A model generated the notes under the pieces. It saw only the letters and a program-made list of their open reading frames with translations, made no database searches and was not told the DNA's origin. The position numbers and the translations under genes are program-made. Shown here in pieces: positions 30,069-39,731 of a DNA stretch of 64,000 bases. The DNA lies in IMG/VR virus record IMGVR_UViG_3300042445_001485; one strand, written 5' to 3'. The DNA is from a virus. Taxonomy: Duplodnaviria > Caudoviricetes. The stretch's first letter is position 1. Each line of letters starts with the position of its first letter.

Positions 30069-30346
30069 TAGGTGTTCTTTAGTATATCCATTACACTACC
30101 AATTTTAAACTCAACGCGAGTTGTTGTCAACTGTTTTGGTTTATAATGCACATGGTCACGCAGATGGAATGTGGCAAAAACCTCAAATCCTCCCCACATG
30201 CTGTTCCATTTTTCGGGATTGCCAGGATAGGTTTCGGTACCATCTATGATTAGGTAGTACTTGTCCTTCCGTAATTCGACTGTGAGTTTTACCCGCATAG
30301 GTTTTACTCGTTCTTGAACTATATCAACAAATGGTATTTCAATCAT
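30068..30346 (-). CDS. hypothetical protein
   Basis: ATGA coupling. Confidence 0.55.
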   Translation of the reverse strand: MIEIPFVDIVQERVKPMRVKLTVELRKDKYYLIIDGTETYPGNPEKWNSMWGGFEVFATFHLRDHVHYKPKQLTTTRVEFKIGSVMDILKNT

Positions 30347-31332
30347 TTTAATTCTGGGTTTATATCAATCATAACTTTACCTGTAGATTTCCTACTGGAA
30401 GCAAACTGTAGTGCATCGGTCGCTTGATCTAAAGGATATCGAGCAGTAATCTTCGGTAACAGTTTACCTTGTGCCAACCAATTTAATAGTATACCATAGT
30501 TAACATGTATTTCTTGTAGCCCGGCTTTGATAGAAGCTATGTTGTATACTCCAATTATGCTTCGTTCTTTCAATAACGCCAAGTTCAATGGGATCCTGGG
30601 AATTTCACCGGCGGCAAATCCAACACTCAGATATTTGCCTCTAAAAGCCAAACTACGGAAAGCAGGTTCTGCATATCGATCGCCCACTGTGTCAAATACA
30701 AAATTAACTCCGGCACCTCCGGTGAACTCCTCAACTTGTTCTTGCAAGTTTTCTGTGTTGTAGTTGATACACCAATCGGCTCCTATATCGCGACAGTATT
30801 GTAATTTTTCCTCTGACCCAGCGGCGGCAATAACTCGTGCGCCCATGACTTTGGCTATTTCAACAGCGGCACTACCAGTACCACCACTGGCTCCCAACAC
30901 CAATACTGTATTGCCTTCTTGTAATTGTCCTAAGTCCTTTAAACCGTGTAGTGCTGTAGAGTATGTGACACTTAGACAGGCCGCATGATCTAGTCTAGTA
31001 TTAGGTGACAATTTTTTAATTGCTTTTTCGTGTACCATTGCCTGTTGAACTATTGCACCTGTACCACATCCAACAAATACTCGATCACCCACCTTGCACG
31101 ATTTGACAGCGACTCCAACCTTGGATACTATTCCGGAAAATTCATGCCCGGGTACAAACGGTAGCGGTGGCCGGACTTGATATAGTCCTTGCACAATCAA
31201 CACATCGGGCCACGACACCGGTGCATAGGCAACATCAACTACTACTTCGGTAGGACCTGGTTTTGGTTCTGGTATGGAACGGACACGCATGGTGTCGATG
31301 GGTCCGTATTTGTGGCAAATTAATGCTTTCAT
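30343..31332 (-). CDS. NADPH:quinone oxidoreductase (MDR family)
   Basis: P-x-LPFVPGHEFSG, TALHGL, VLVLGASGGTG, GAGVNFVFDTVG, KSTGKVMI. Confidence 0.92.
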   Translation of the reverse strand: MKALICHKYGPIDTMRVRSIPEPKPGPTEVVVDVAYAPVSWPDVLIVQGLYQVRPPLPFVPGHEFSGIVSKVGVAVKSCKVGDRVFVGCGTGAIVQQAMVHEKAIKKLSPNTRLDHAACLSVTYSTALHGLKDLGQLQEGNTVLVLGASGGTGSAAVEIAKVMGARVIAAAGSEEKLQYCRDIGADWCINYNTENLQEQVEEFTGGAGVNFVFDTVGDRYAEPAFRSLAFRGKYLSVGFAAGEIPRIPLNLALLKERSIIGVYNIASIKAGLQEIHVNYGILLNWLAQGKLLPKITARYPLDQATDALQFASSRKSTGKVMIDINPELK

Positions 31333-31589
31333 AAGTATTTCATCCTAAAAAATGTTTCTGCGGCATCATCATAAAAGTCCAAGTACATGGTTATCCTGTA
31401 TCCTGATCCCAGGTCACCATCGTTGACCCAGTGTTGGTGCAATCGCGTAGTAAATCCCAGTTCACGCCGCATGGTTTCTCTAATCAACAACACACTGGGT
31501 TTCCAACCGTATTCTGTTTTGAGCTGTTTACGGATTCGGGTCCATTGGTCTTCAGTCAGTGTGATCATTTGCTGTACTTCAATTTCCAA
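31329..31589 (-). CDS. small protein, F-x-L/M-K-W/Y family paralog 1
   Basis: C-terminus LDFYDDAAETFFRMKYL. Confidence 0.65.
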   Translation of the reverse strand: MEIEVQQMITLTEDQWTRIRKQLKTEYGWKPSVLLIRETMRRELGFTTRLHQHWVNDGDLGSGYRITMYLDFYDDAAETFFRMKYL

Positions 31590-31813
31590 AAGGTATAATC
31601 TTTTTCTTCAAGTTCGCCAACCACAGTAATACGGTATCCCCAGTTATCATTGTCTGCGTTGACATAAAAAGTCGGAGATTCTACACAATGCGCCATACAG
31701 TATTGTCCTGCTTCGGTTTGTTGCCATTCCCACAAAGGTTGTGACGCATACAGTTCTGGATCCTCTACATCACCCATGCGAAATTCATGCAGTAATGTTT
31801 TAACTACAGCCAT
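31565..31813 (-). CDS. small protein, paralog 2
   Basis: C-terminus EEKDYTFWKLKYS. Confidence 0.65.
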   Translation of the reverse strand: MAVVKTLLHEFRMGDVEDPELYASQPLWEWQQTEAGQYCMAHCVESPTFYVNADNDNWGYRITVVGELEEKDYTFWKLKYSK

Positions 31814-32049
31814 TGGGCAACATGTTCTACTGTGGTTTCTTCCATGGTGCGTCTATGTCCGGCTGACTTTAATTGAAACATAAGTGCATCATGTTCGTCG
31901 TCAAATGTAAAGTCCATGAATTCTGCTGTGGGGTGAAACTGCATACGTTCGCCGGGTAGGCCAAATGTTTCTACACACCAGGCCAACAGCTCATTCCATG
32001 CATCACCGTGATTATATGGATCTTGCCAAGGTACCCTAATAGTTATCAT
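31804..32049 (-). CDS. small protein, paralog 3
   Basis: AWCVETFG...FTFDDEHDALMFQLK. Confidence 0.65.
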   Translation of the reverse strand: MITIRVPWQDPYNHGDAWNELLAWCVETFGLPGERMQFHPTAEFMDFTFDDEHDALMFQLKSAGHRRTMEETTVEHVAQWL

Positions 32050-32052
32050 ATA

Positions 32053-32271
32053 TTAACTCCACTTCAGTAAAAATGCTGACATGTCTTCTTCTCGGTCAAA
32101 TCGAAATGTATCAAATGCTGTGCGTCGTACTGTGGGCATGGTGTTCCAACACCAATGTTGTATAGGATCCATTAGGGCTTCGTTTAGGATATAGCCGGGG
32201 TTACTGTAGTCACTGGTAATAGTATCAGCTATTTTCAACTCCATGCCATCTCTAATCCATTTCATGTCCAC
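32053..32271 (-). CDS. small protein, paralog 4
   Basis: HWCWNT...FRFDREEDMSAFLLKWS. Confidence 0.65.
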   Translation of the reverse strand: MDMKWIRDGMELKIADTITSDYSNPGYILNEALMDPIQHWCWNTMPTVRRTAFDTFRFDREEDMSAFLLKWS

Positions 32272-32477
32272 ACCAATGCAAATGCTGTTGCATCTCTGTC
32301 ATGTTTGAATGTAAAAGTTGTTTCTCCAAACATGCTCCATACAGCCCAGGTTCGTTTATCCCAGTCGCCAGGATCGGCATACACATGCCCGCCATGGCCA
32401 ATATGGTCATAGCACCAAGCGGACATTTCTCTGTTGAGATGATATTGTTGTTTACCAATTTTGATTTCGGTCATTGC
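32262..32477 (-). CDS. small protein, paralog 5
   Basis: AWCYDHIG...FTFKHDRDATAFALVWT; start approximate. Confidence 0.6.
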   Translation of the reverse strand, partial: AMTEIKIGKQQYHLNREMSAWCYDHIGHGGHVYADPGDWDKRTWAVWSMFGETTFTFKHDRDATAFALVWT

Positions 32478-32659
32478 CATCGTAAACAAAATAAGGTTGC
32501 ACCCTCCGGAGTGGGCATTCGAAAAGTCCATACGTGGCTGGGGAATCCACTGCTGAAACTCCAGGCATCTATGCCAATTTCTCGTTCACACCAATCAATG
32601 ATATCGTAGATATCTTTATCTTTACAATCTAAGGTTATGGAAGTCATATCACATTGTAA
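32471..32659 (-). CDS. small protein, paralog 6
   Basis: DWCEREIG...FRMPTPEGATLFCLRWQ; start approximate. Confidence 0.6.
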   Translation of the reverse strand, partial: LQCDMTSITLDCKDKDIYDIIDWCEREIGIDAWSFSSGFPSHVWTFRMPTPEGATLFCLRWQ

Positions 32660-32670
32660 CATTGTTGTCT

Positions 32671-33069
32671 TTATAGGTCTTGTTTTTTGAGCGTGTCCCA
32701 TACTTCTTTTTGCTCTCGGAACTTGTCGCGTAGTCGTCTATATTGGATGCCGGCTTCTTTGAGTTCGTCAAATTCTTTTTCCAATGCAGAGTCCATCTTC
32801 ATTACACCCAGCATTTCCTGTATGCTCACCAATGTCTCTGTCAAACTCACGCCGTTTATTTTAAGGTCTGCGTTCTTGCCATTTAGCTCCAAGGTGCCGC
32901 TTTGTTTTAGTGTGGCGGCGGTATTGTTGACCGCATAGCCTGGGTTGGCCCAAGTTCCGTTGGTGCCCGAGCTGGTGTACACATAGCCATTTTGTCCCAT
33001 TGGCGGGACGGTGACAGTTACATTACCATATGTGTATGGTGATGCGGTTGTATTCATTGTGTATGACAT
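32671..33069 (-). CDS. hypothetical protein
   Basis: Thr/Gly-rich N-terminus, helical C-terminus; sigma70-like promoter upstream. Confidence 0.65.
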   Translation of the reverse strand: MSYTMNTTASPYTYGNVTVTVPPMGQNGYVYTSSGTNGTWANPGYAVNNTAATLKQSGTLELNGKNADLKINGVSLTETLVSIQEMLGVMKMDSALEKEFDELKEAGIQYRRLRDKFREQKEVWDTLKKQDL

Positions 33070-33117
33070 AATAGCATTATATATCTTTAGCACCAAGATG
33101 TCAAACTAAATATTTCC

Positions 33118-33474
33118 ATGTTAGCACTTAAATATGAATCTTACCGACCAGACCTTTCTGTACCATGGGTATCGGAACTACTTACAACAACACAAGATCC
33201 TGCATTGCAATCGTTGAGTCAGAGCTATAATCGTTGGCTAGACCTATCACAGGGACAACATGGGTGGCGTATGCAGATCGTACACGGCAATGATCCACAC
33301 GTGGGCATACACATACACGACTTTGGTCCAACCACTACCGAAGAAAGTATATATCACTTGTACGATCTTTATCTATATCGCTTCTTGCCAGAGTACCAAG
33401 AATGGTACCACTGGCTAAGAAACTATGTGCAACAACATAATTGGCGTATCACTAGAACCATCATAGAGATTTAG
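33118..33474 (+). CDS. hypothetical protein
   Basis: TAAATA 5 nt before ATG. Confidence 0.55.
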   Translation: MLALKYESYRPDLSVPWVSELLTTTQDPALQSLSQSYNRWLDLSQGQHGWRMQIVHGNDPHVGIHIHDFGPTTTEESIYHLYDLYLYRFLPEYQEWYHWLRNYVQQHNWRITRTIIEI

Positions 33475-34325
33475 ATATCAAATCCAAAATTGGGATCAAA
33501 GTGTTCTGCTGATTCCTCGTAACCTTTATAGCCACGCGGATTGCATACCACACGACACTCTCCGATCATGTAGTCAAATTGATCATGTGTGTGTCCATGC
33601 GTCCATACTTTGATTTCTGGATAATCCAACATAAACTCACTGAGATCACTGCTGTAAGCACCATTCATAATGGTGTCATTTAAGTAGCGTGGTTTGATAC
33701 TGACCTTGCTTGGAGCATGGTGAGTGCAGATCACAACCGGACTTGTCTTGCCTTCTGCACGACGATTTGACATCACTGACTTGAGATAACCCACAGTTTT
33801 ATAATGATCTGTCATGGTTTTTTCTGGCTGTAGCCTATGATATGCATTCTTGGTTTCGTTAAACATGGTGATTTGACGATAGTCGTTCATCATTGATTTC
33901 ATATGAAACAAGGTCAACTCGTCACCTCGGTTCATATCGGTCCAAAGCGTAGCACCTAAGAATGTAACACCATCGATGTCAATACACTCATTTTCCAACA
34001 GTTGCACATTGTCGGGCATCTGTTCTTTTAAATGTGAGTAAGTCTTGTGGTACTGGAATCCATAATGCTCGTGGTTACCCATGACATAGATCACCTGCCT
34101 GTACTTGGGACATTCTTCAAGAAAGAAACGGATATACCGATCTTCGCGTTTTCCATTAAACACCTGTTCTGTTAACACCTGATTCAATATGTGGTTTTCT
34201 CTGTAACGTTCACGCTTGACATTCTTGGCCTCACAGATGTCTCCAGACAGGATTAGGACATCGCCGCCTGGCAACTCGAGATCTGCAAACTCAAGGTGTA
34301 AATCACTCATAACATTAACACGCAT
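33471..34325 (-). CDS. calcineurin-like metallophosphoesterase
   Basis: MSDLHLE, GDI, GNHE, THH-x-P, HGHTH. Confidence 0.92.
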   Translation of the reverse strand: MRVNVMSDLHLEFADLELPGGDVLILSGDICEAKNVKRERYRENHILNQVLTEQVFNGKREDRYIRFFLEECPKYRQVIYVMGNHEHYGFQYHKTYSHLKEQMPDNVQLLENECIDIDGVTFLGATLWTDMNRGDELTLFHMKSMMNDYRQITMFNETKNAYHRLQPEKTMTDHYKTVGYLKSVMSNRRAEGKTSPVVICTHHAPSKVSIKPRYLNDTIMNGAYSSDLSEFMLDYPEIKVWTHGHTHDQFDYMIGECRVVCNPRGYKGYEESAEHFDPNFGFDI

Positions 34326-34376
34326 CTTCTTCTCCTATAATAGTAATTATACTATCAATTCCGTTATTGCACAAAT

Positions 34377-34401
34377 AAAAAAAGGCCCCTCGGGGCCTTT
34401 T
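34377..34401. terminator. bidirectional intrinsic terminator
   Basis: A7-GGCCCC-TC-GGGGCC-T4. Confidence 0.8.
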
Positions 34402-34416
34402 GGGTCGCGCCAGGGA

Positions 34417-34683
34417 TTAAACCAAACCCATTGCCAATGCTTTGTAACCAGCGGCTACAACTTTGCGGCTTGGTTTGCCATGCACATACTCAGTAACAGT
34501 AACACCGTTACCAGCTTTGCGGCTGTTTGCATAAATTGCAAAACCAGCTTGACGAATACGACTGGCTTCAGCACTCAAGTTGCCAATGCCAAAACGCTTA
34601 CGAGCTTCGCTTGCAGTCAATTTCTCACCATTGAGAACCATGGCTTTAAAAGCCTTACCAGTTTTAGTTTCTAGATTAATCAT
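34417..34683 (-). CDS. helix-turn-helix-like small protein
   Basis: GEKLTASEARKRFGIGNLSAEASRIRQAG winged-helix-like pattern. Confidence 0.55.
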   Translation of the reverse strand: MINLETKTGKAFKAMVLNGEKLTASEARKRFGIGNLSAEASRIRQAGFAIYANSRKAGNGVTVTEYVHGKPSRKVVAAGYKALAMGLV

Positions 34684-34767
34684 CTTTTTTCCTTTAAAAG
34701 TATTTGCAGTAATTTCAACTGCTGATGCTAGTATAGCAAAATTATTACACTAGGTCAACAACTAGTT

Positions 34768-34986
34768 TTACCGTTTGTAATATGTTTGCCCATAATATAT
34801 CTTGCGACACACTTCTTGACCTTGGAGCAGTCGATATGTAACGCAATCTTGATGGTAATGGTCACTTAGGGCATGACTGGCAACCGTTTTTCCAGTTGTG
34901 GCGGCCACACCCAAATCCATAACTGTAGTCACGGCACAACCTTGAAGGGTGACCAATAACACCATTAACCACTTATAGGTTATCAT
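34768..34986 (-). CDS. small lipoprotein
   Basis: Lipobox LQGC. Confidence 0.6.
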   Translation of the reverse strand: MITYKWLMVLLVTLQGCAVTTVMDLGVAATTGKTVASHALSDHYHQDCVTYRLLQGQEVCRKIYYGQTYYKR

Positions 34987-35347
34987 ATGAAATAGGCATC
35001 CATCCTAGTTGTCGTAGGTCTGTTTCAATTTCTTCGGTTACTTGCCCTTCGGGCACAAATCCTTCGCCTGTGCGACAACCAAGACCAAATCCTTCTTCTT
35101 CGGATCCAATGCCCGAGCAGTACCAATCTATGTAATTACCTTGCTGTCTAATGGTGGCAATGATGCCTCCGGCATAGCGCCAACTGCAATGCCACAGTTG
35201 TTTTTTCAATATGGCCATGACTTCTAGTCGTTGCCACTGCATATTACACAAGGCCGCATAGAGGTTTTGTGCATAGGTGTCATTGGCCCTGACCTTGTCA
35301 CAGATCCAGGTGGTATTTTTTAGATCGGTTTCTAAATTATGATCCAT
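34973..35347 (-). CDS. hypothetical protein
   Basis: YAQNLYAALCN...SWRYAGGI...DWYCSG. Confidence 0.7.
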   Translation of the reverse strand: MDHNLETDLKNTTWICDKVRANDTYAQNLYAALCNMQWQRLEVMAILKKQLWHCSWRYAGGIIATIRQQGNYIDWYCSGIGSEEEGFGLGCRTGEGFVPEGQVTEEIETDLRQLGWMPISYDNL

Positions 35348-35427
35348 ACCTTATTATAAACTATTTTAAATTTTGTGTCAACTAAAAAGTGGTCTACGGC
35401 GTTGTATATATGTAACATAAAAAACAA

Positions 35428-35772
35428 ATGAAATTACTTGCCATTTTAATTGCTGTATCAGTATTTGCGGTAGAACCTGCTGGCGCGGTAGTAACGGTCA
35501 CACCAAAAACGGCCAAAGCGCATCTACCACGAGTGCCTAGAGTCAAACTGCTTCGTAGTAATCCACACAGGTTTACTGCCATTCGGTTGCAGGGTACCAA
35601 TCCGTATGATGCACCAGATGATGATTTCCTTTGTGTCAGTAGTGCTCGCAAACCAAAAGTTATCAATCCCAATCTTGTGGATGACGATGAAGAACTTTCG
35701 GAATATGTGACCATACGATTGATGGTGGCCCGTGCCAGAGCCATGCAAAAGTACAGAGAAGTCCGTGCATAA
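35428..35772 (+). CDS. exported hypothetical protein
   Basis: Signal peptide; ends at a terminator. Confidence 0.55.
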   Translation: MKLLAILIAVSVFAVEPAGAVVTVTPKTAKAHLPRVPRVKLLRSNPHRFTAIRLQGTNPYDAPDDDFLCVSSARKPKVINPNLVDDDEELSEYVTIRLMVARARAMQKYREVRA

Positions 35773-35796
35773 AAAAAGGCCCTAAGGGGCCTTTTT
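35771..35796. terminator. bidirectional intrinsic terminator
   Basis: A7-GGCCC-TAA-GGGGCC-T5 between convergent genes. Confidence 0.8.
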
Positions 35797-36003
35797 GGTT
35801 AATGTAACTTGCCGGGTGCGTTCATCAATGCCCCAAGTCAGCTCATCACCGATTCGCCAACCATTGGCCTCCAATGCGTCTGGGGGCAAGGGCATAACAA
35901 TGTCGCCAGTTTCGGGATCCTCCTCCAACTCAACCGTCCAAGTTGTGGCAGATTGGCGAGTAATCCGGGCATCTAGCACACTTGCCTCAATCTGACTTTT
36001 CAT
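35782..36003 (-). CDS. AbrB/MazE-like small protein
   Basis: GDIVMPLP-x2-ALE-x2-GWRIGDEL-x-W. Confidence 0.6.
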   Translation of the reverse strand: MKSQIEASVLDARITRQSATTWTVELEEDPETGDIVMPLPPDALEANGWRIGDELTWGIDERTRQVTLTKKAP

Positions 36004-36292
36004 TTATAATCCTAACATCAGTTACATTCATCACACGAAATGATCTCCATTCGTTTTTGTCTAGACAGAATACGCTAAGTGTTTCGGGTTTGTATAAACG
36101 AGTTTGGTGATGTTCGTTTACGGCCCGAGCAGGCATTGCCGCCGCTCTAAGGGTGCAAGGCATGGTGCGTACAGAGCCATCTACCTTGGTAAAAGTAATT
36201 TCGCAATCGTGTTCACTTAACAGATTACGGATATAACGATTGCGACTATCAGCATCACCTGCTAATTCTAGTACTATTTCAGTGTCGGTCAT
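35987..36292 (-). CDS. WYL-like SH3 beta-barrel protein
   Basis: ITFTKVDGSVRTM-x-CTL...D-x2-KNEWRSFR. Confidence 0.7.
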   Translation of the reverse strand: MTDTEIVLELAGDADSRNRYIRNLLSEHDCEITFTKVDGSVRTMPCTLRAAAMPARAVNEHHQTRLYKPETLSVFCLDKNEWRSFRVMNVTDVRIINEKSD

Positions 36293-36459
36293 TTGTCGCC
36301 CTTGTTACGACTAGTGCGTTGTCTAGAACCGTCTTGTTCGATTACAACATAACTACGCACAAAGGCACCACGAGTATGGTTGTCTAAAATCAGTGACGCG
36401 GCACGTTTTACACTCTTGCTGATCTTAACAGCTTTTGGATCATATCCTCTACAGGTCAT
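36289..36459 (-). CDS. small basic protein (56 aa, not in the ORF track)
   Basis: Translated by hand: MTCRGYDPKAVKISKSVKRAA...; stop overlaps the next ATG. Confidence 0.6.
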   Translation of the reverse strand: MTCRGYDPKAVKISKSVKRAASLILDNHTRGAFVRSYVVIEQDGSRQRTSRNKGDK

Positions 36460-36700
36460 TTTGTGTTTCCTTTTTAAATTGTTTACGACAGGCTCGTTTC
36501 ATAGCAGGAGTAAAGTCTGGATGTATCTCTGCTACACTGCAATTATACACATGATCTCTATCGTTGAGCAAGAGCTTTTGAACAATATTAATGCCAAGCC
36601 AAATCAAACCAAACAATGCAATCACAATGACTACATCTAATACCATAACTGTTAGTTTAAATAATTTTGTGTTTTCTTTGCTGGTGATTACAAATTTCAC
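36449..36700 (-). CDS. membrane hypothetical protein
   Basis: TM segment then C-x12-C. Confidence 0.55.
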   Translation of the reverse strand: MKFVITSKENTKLFKLTVMVLDVVIVIALFGLIWLGINIVQKLLLNDRDHVYNCSVAEIHPDFTPAMKRACRKQFKKETQNDL

Positions 36701-36891
36701 GCCAATGTGTCTACCTTTGTTCCTAACCCTCGACTTTTACCACCGATATCAAGTCGCCTTAGACGCATACGCTCGTTATCAATGATGTCTGCGTTAATCT
36801 TTAATGATTGATGTTTGAGTTCCATTATGTGCTGATCTAACTGCTGGAGTTCCATTTGTTTCTGGTAAGATTGGACTACATCAATTCTCAT
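36697..36891 (-). CDS. hypothetical protein
   Basis: ATGA coupling to the ligase. Confidence 0.55.
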   Translation of the reverse strand: MRIDVVQSYQKQMELQQLDQHIMELKHQSLKINADIIDNERMRLRRLDIGGKSRGLGTKVDTLA

Positions 36892-38189
36892 AATTTCTCT
36901 CCTATTTCAAAGCCACGGAATCGAAGGAACCTAGGAAAGCGCAAACTGTAAGTACCATCTTGGTTCTGTGTTATGGCATCGGCTCGCACTTCGACCACCT
37001 GGCCTGCACACTTGGCGCGATCCTGCCAAAAGTCTTCTCGCTGTTGGTCACTGAGTCCTGAACCTACATTGACTTGAATGGCTCGTTCATCGTCAACACC
37101 TTCACATACCAGGGCACCTAACTTGCCCACATTGCGTCCTGTACCTTCTTCTGTATTTACGACAGTTAGGCTAACTTCAATAAAGGGTTTTTGTTTTAAC
37201 CATGCGGTGCTTCTTTTACATTCGTAAACTGCATAAGGATCTTTGATCATAATGCCTTCGTATCCGCCTGCAATGGCATCTGCATTGATTTGGGTAAAAC
37301 GATCGGCACCCTCATCGGTATCTAGGTTCACAAGTTCCTGTCCCACAACTGACACATTGGGCATATGGTCTGCAATTGGCAAGTACCAGGCCAATAATTG
37401 CTCACTGCGTTTGTGCTGTGGACAACTGCTGACGCCTGATTGAAATTCCTTCAGTGGTAAGATGTCAAACAGGTTCAGCACCGCATCGTCGGTTCGGGCA
37501 TCACCTTTGCGATGAATCTGCCGCATCAAGTCTTGAAAGTTTCCCGACATGATCTCACCATCTAACACTATTGGCTCTCGAAGAAACACCGCATGTTTGG
37601 CAATCTGTCGTTTAACTTCTTCAAAGTTCACCAGTTCTTTGCCATTGCGACTGTACTGATCAACTTGACCATTTGGGTACACAATGGTAATCACACGCAC
37701 ACCATCAAGTTTGACTTCGATGACTTTTTCGCCAGAAACTTTACCTTCATGCTTGGCACCATCAAATGCCAATTGGCACTCAAACACCGGCACATGAAAC
37801 TTGGGATCTGCATGTTTGTTAATAGTACTATCACTAGTGCCACAACGCATGTCTTTGATCAAGATGCGTCGATACCACAGATTCCATTCTGCTTCACGGG
37901 CATTCATACGCAGATAGTTCACTGCGGTAACGGCAGTATTGCCAGTGATACGGCGGTCGGCCAAGTCCTGTGCTGTTTTCCAAAACACTTCGCTAGTAAG
38001 TCCTTTGCCATCACCTGTTTTCTCGTCGACTTTTTTAACACCAAATGTGATCATGGCATCATATGCCGCACGGAATCCGCGGAACAATTCGGCATTGTCT
38101 GCCGCACTCTCTCGACGAATGATGGCTTCTTTTACTAGACGACTGTTGTCGGCTTCCAGCTCGGCAACAACTTCCCAGGGTTTGTTCAT
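36888..38189 (-). CDS. ATP-dependent DNA ligase
   Basis: KLDGVR, LDGEI, EGIMIK, WLKQK, SLRFPRF-x-RFR. Confidence 0.95.
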   Translation of the reverse strand: MNKPWEVVAELEADNSRLVKEAIIRRESAADNAELFRGFRAAYDAMITFGVKKVDEKTGDGKGLTSEVFWKTAQDLADRRITGNTAVTAVNYLRMNAREAEWNLWYRRILIKDMRCGTSDSTINKHADPKFHVPVFECQLAFDGAKHEGKVSGEKVIEVKLDGVRVITIVYPNGQVDQYSRNGKELVNFEEVKRQIAKHAVFLREPIVLDGEIMSGNFQDLMRQIHRKGDARTDDAVLNLFDILPLKEFQSGVSSCPQHKRSEQLLAWYLPIADHMPNVSVVGQELVNLDTDEGADRFTQINADAIAGGYEGIMIKDPYAVYECKRSTAWLKQKPFIEVSLTVVNTEEGTGRNVGKLGALVCEGVDDERAIQVNVGSGLSDQQREDFWQDRAKCAGQVVEVRADAITQNQDGTYSLRFPRFLRFRGFEIGEKL

Positions 38190-38458
38190 TTTGTTTCTCC
38201 ATAGTGGATTGATTGGCCGGGCTTGATGCCCAAATAGTTCATGGCCATGATCAACATGAAATTGGCATGTTCTTTATTTTTGGGCAGTACAACTCTTTCA
38301 CCTTCATTCAGTTGGCGTAGTTCTTCTTTGAGTTGTTCAAGTTCAAACACCAGGGGTCGAACTTCTAACCTCATAACTTCACGGGCTATGGCTTCAGCTT
38401 GACTTCTAGTAACTGGTACGGTATCTATCATAATTGTTCCTCTTGTAGGGTTTCCCAC
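38186..38458 (-). CDS. hypothetical protein
   Basis: ATGA coupling to the ligase. Confidence 0.55.
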   Translation of the reverse strand: MGNPTRGTIMIDTVPVTRSQAEAIAREVMRLEVRPLVFELEQLKEELRQLNEGERVVLPKNKEHANFMLIMAMNYLGIKPGQSIHYGETK

Positions 38459-38799
38459 ATCATTCGCTTTTCACACTCGGCGCGAAACTGCTCGCGAAGC
38501 TCAGGGCTTTTACACCAGGCCTTGATGTTGGCATAACTGCCCTGTGCCTTGTTAGGTACATTTTCTCGTATCCACATGGCAGTGGCCCAAAACACCGTAC
38601 GGCTCTGCCTGTCTGTGTTAAACAGGGCCCGTTCATATTCATGTGCCAACATGGCCTCCATGTGTCCACCGGGCAACAAGCCATCAAACAAGTAACGGTC
38701 CATTGCGGCCATTTGGTTGTCACTCCAACGCATGCCAACATATCGGGCATCGTGGTACATGCTACGATTATAATCAATTGCGTTGGGCTTGTAAATCAT
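38428..38799 (-). CDS. hypothetical protein
   Basis: Start adjusted to MIYKP (ATGA overlap). Confidence 0.6.
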   Translation of the reverse strand: MIYKPNAIDYNRSMYHDARYVGMRWSDNQMAAMDRYLFDGLLPGGHMEAMLAHEYERALFNTDRQSRTVFWATAMWIRENVPNKAQGSYANIKAWCKSPELREQFRAECEKRMMWETLQEEQL

Positions 38800-39149
38800 T
38801 TTGCACTTTCGAATTCTTTGACATGTCGACAAGCACCGCGGAATTGGAATCCGCTACAAGTGCAATTATACACATTTTCTTCTAAGGTCACAATGTATAT
38901 ATCACCTTTTGAACCTGTGACTTCCCAACGATTGGGATTTGTAGTAACTTCAATCTCAAAGTTAGGTTGATTTTTTAATGCAACAAATTTACGACCGCGG
39001 AGATCAATGCGTATGGCCGTTTTGAATGTTTTGATTTCTGTTGAGCCGGGTTTAATGTATGCATACATTTTGGTCTTGGAGTCATCCAACAAGTAAACAC
39101 CGTTGCCAAATGGATCAGCCCATGTAGTAGTTTCTTGATAAAATTTCAT
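38796..39149 (-). CDS. SWIM zinc-finger protein
   Basis: YNCTCSGFQFRGACRHV (CxC-x8-CxH). Confidence 0.8.
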   Translation of the reverse strand: MKFYQETTTWADPFGNGVYLLDDSKTKMYAYIKPGSTEIKTFKTAIRIDLRGRKFVALKNQPNFEIEVTTNPNRWEVTGSKGDIYIVTLEENVYNCTCSGFQFRGACRHVKEFESAK

Positions 39150-39352
39150 CGTGTCTCCTCAACCATACGCATGAATGCCCGCATCATGGTCTGTGCCTGT
39201 GCCAGGTTCTGCTCGGGTGTCTGCTGTTGCACACAGGCCGCTGTCACCTGCTGACGATGAAACTGTGCCAGGTTTGCTTGACAAGCGGTTTGTTCTGCAT
39301 AGGTGCCAACTGTGGTGATACCTGTTGCAAGGATGATAATTAGATTGTACAT
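39146..39352 (-). CDS. small exported hypothetical protein
   Basis: MYNLIIILATG...C...C. Confidence 0.55.
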   Translation of the reverse strand: MYNLIIILATGITTVGTYAEQTACQANLAQFHRQQVTAACVQQQTPEQNLAQAQTMMRAFMRMVEETR

Positions 39353-39353
39353 G

Positions 39354-39671
39354 TTAGTCGGCTCTTGAGCAGGCATACGCATTCAGGCCTGCCTTACGCA
39401 GAACTTCGGCAAACGCATGAGCACCGGCTTCTTTGATGTCCATACTCTGTGTGAACGAACCACCGGGGTTCCAAACACTCAGGCATTTTGGTTTGTAATC
39501 TTTCTTGAAACCTGCCGCAATCAATTCCTTGGCCTCTTTGGAGTTGGTACGATCCACAAACACATCAACCCAGGCAAAACCACAGTAGCCAGGTTCACCA
39601 TGACGAGCACGAAAGTCTGCTTCGGCTTGGCGGGCGGCTTCGAAAGCTTCTTGGACAATTTGATTCAACAT
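39354..39671 (-). CDS. early hypothetical protein
   Basis: CGFAWV...QSMDIKEAGA-x-AFA; ATG after a promoter module. Confidence 0.7.
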   Translation of the reverse strand: MLNQIVQEAFEAARQAEADFRARHGEPGYCGFAWVDVFVDRTNSKEAKELIAAGFKKDYKPKCLSVWNPGGSFTQSMDIKEAGAHAFAEVLRKAGLNAYACSRAD

Positions 39672-39701
39672 GTCTGACTCCTTTTTAATTACAATACAAC
39701 A

Positions 39702-39730
39702 ATTATACAAAAGATCGCCTTTTCGGGCAA
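39702..39730 (-). promoter_or_regulatory. sigma70-type early promoter
   Basis: TTGCCC-N17-TATAAT followed by AAGGAG. Confidence 0.7.
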
Positions 39731-39731
39731 A

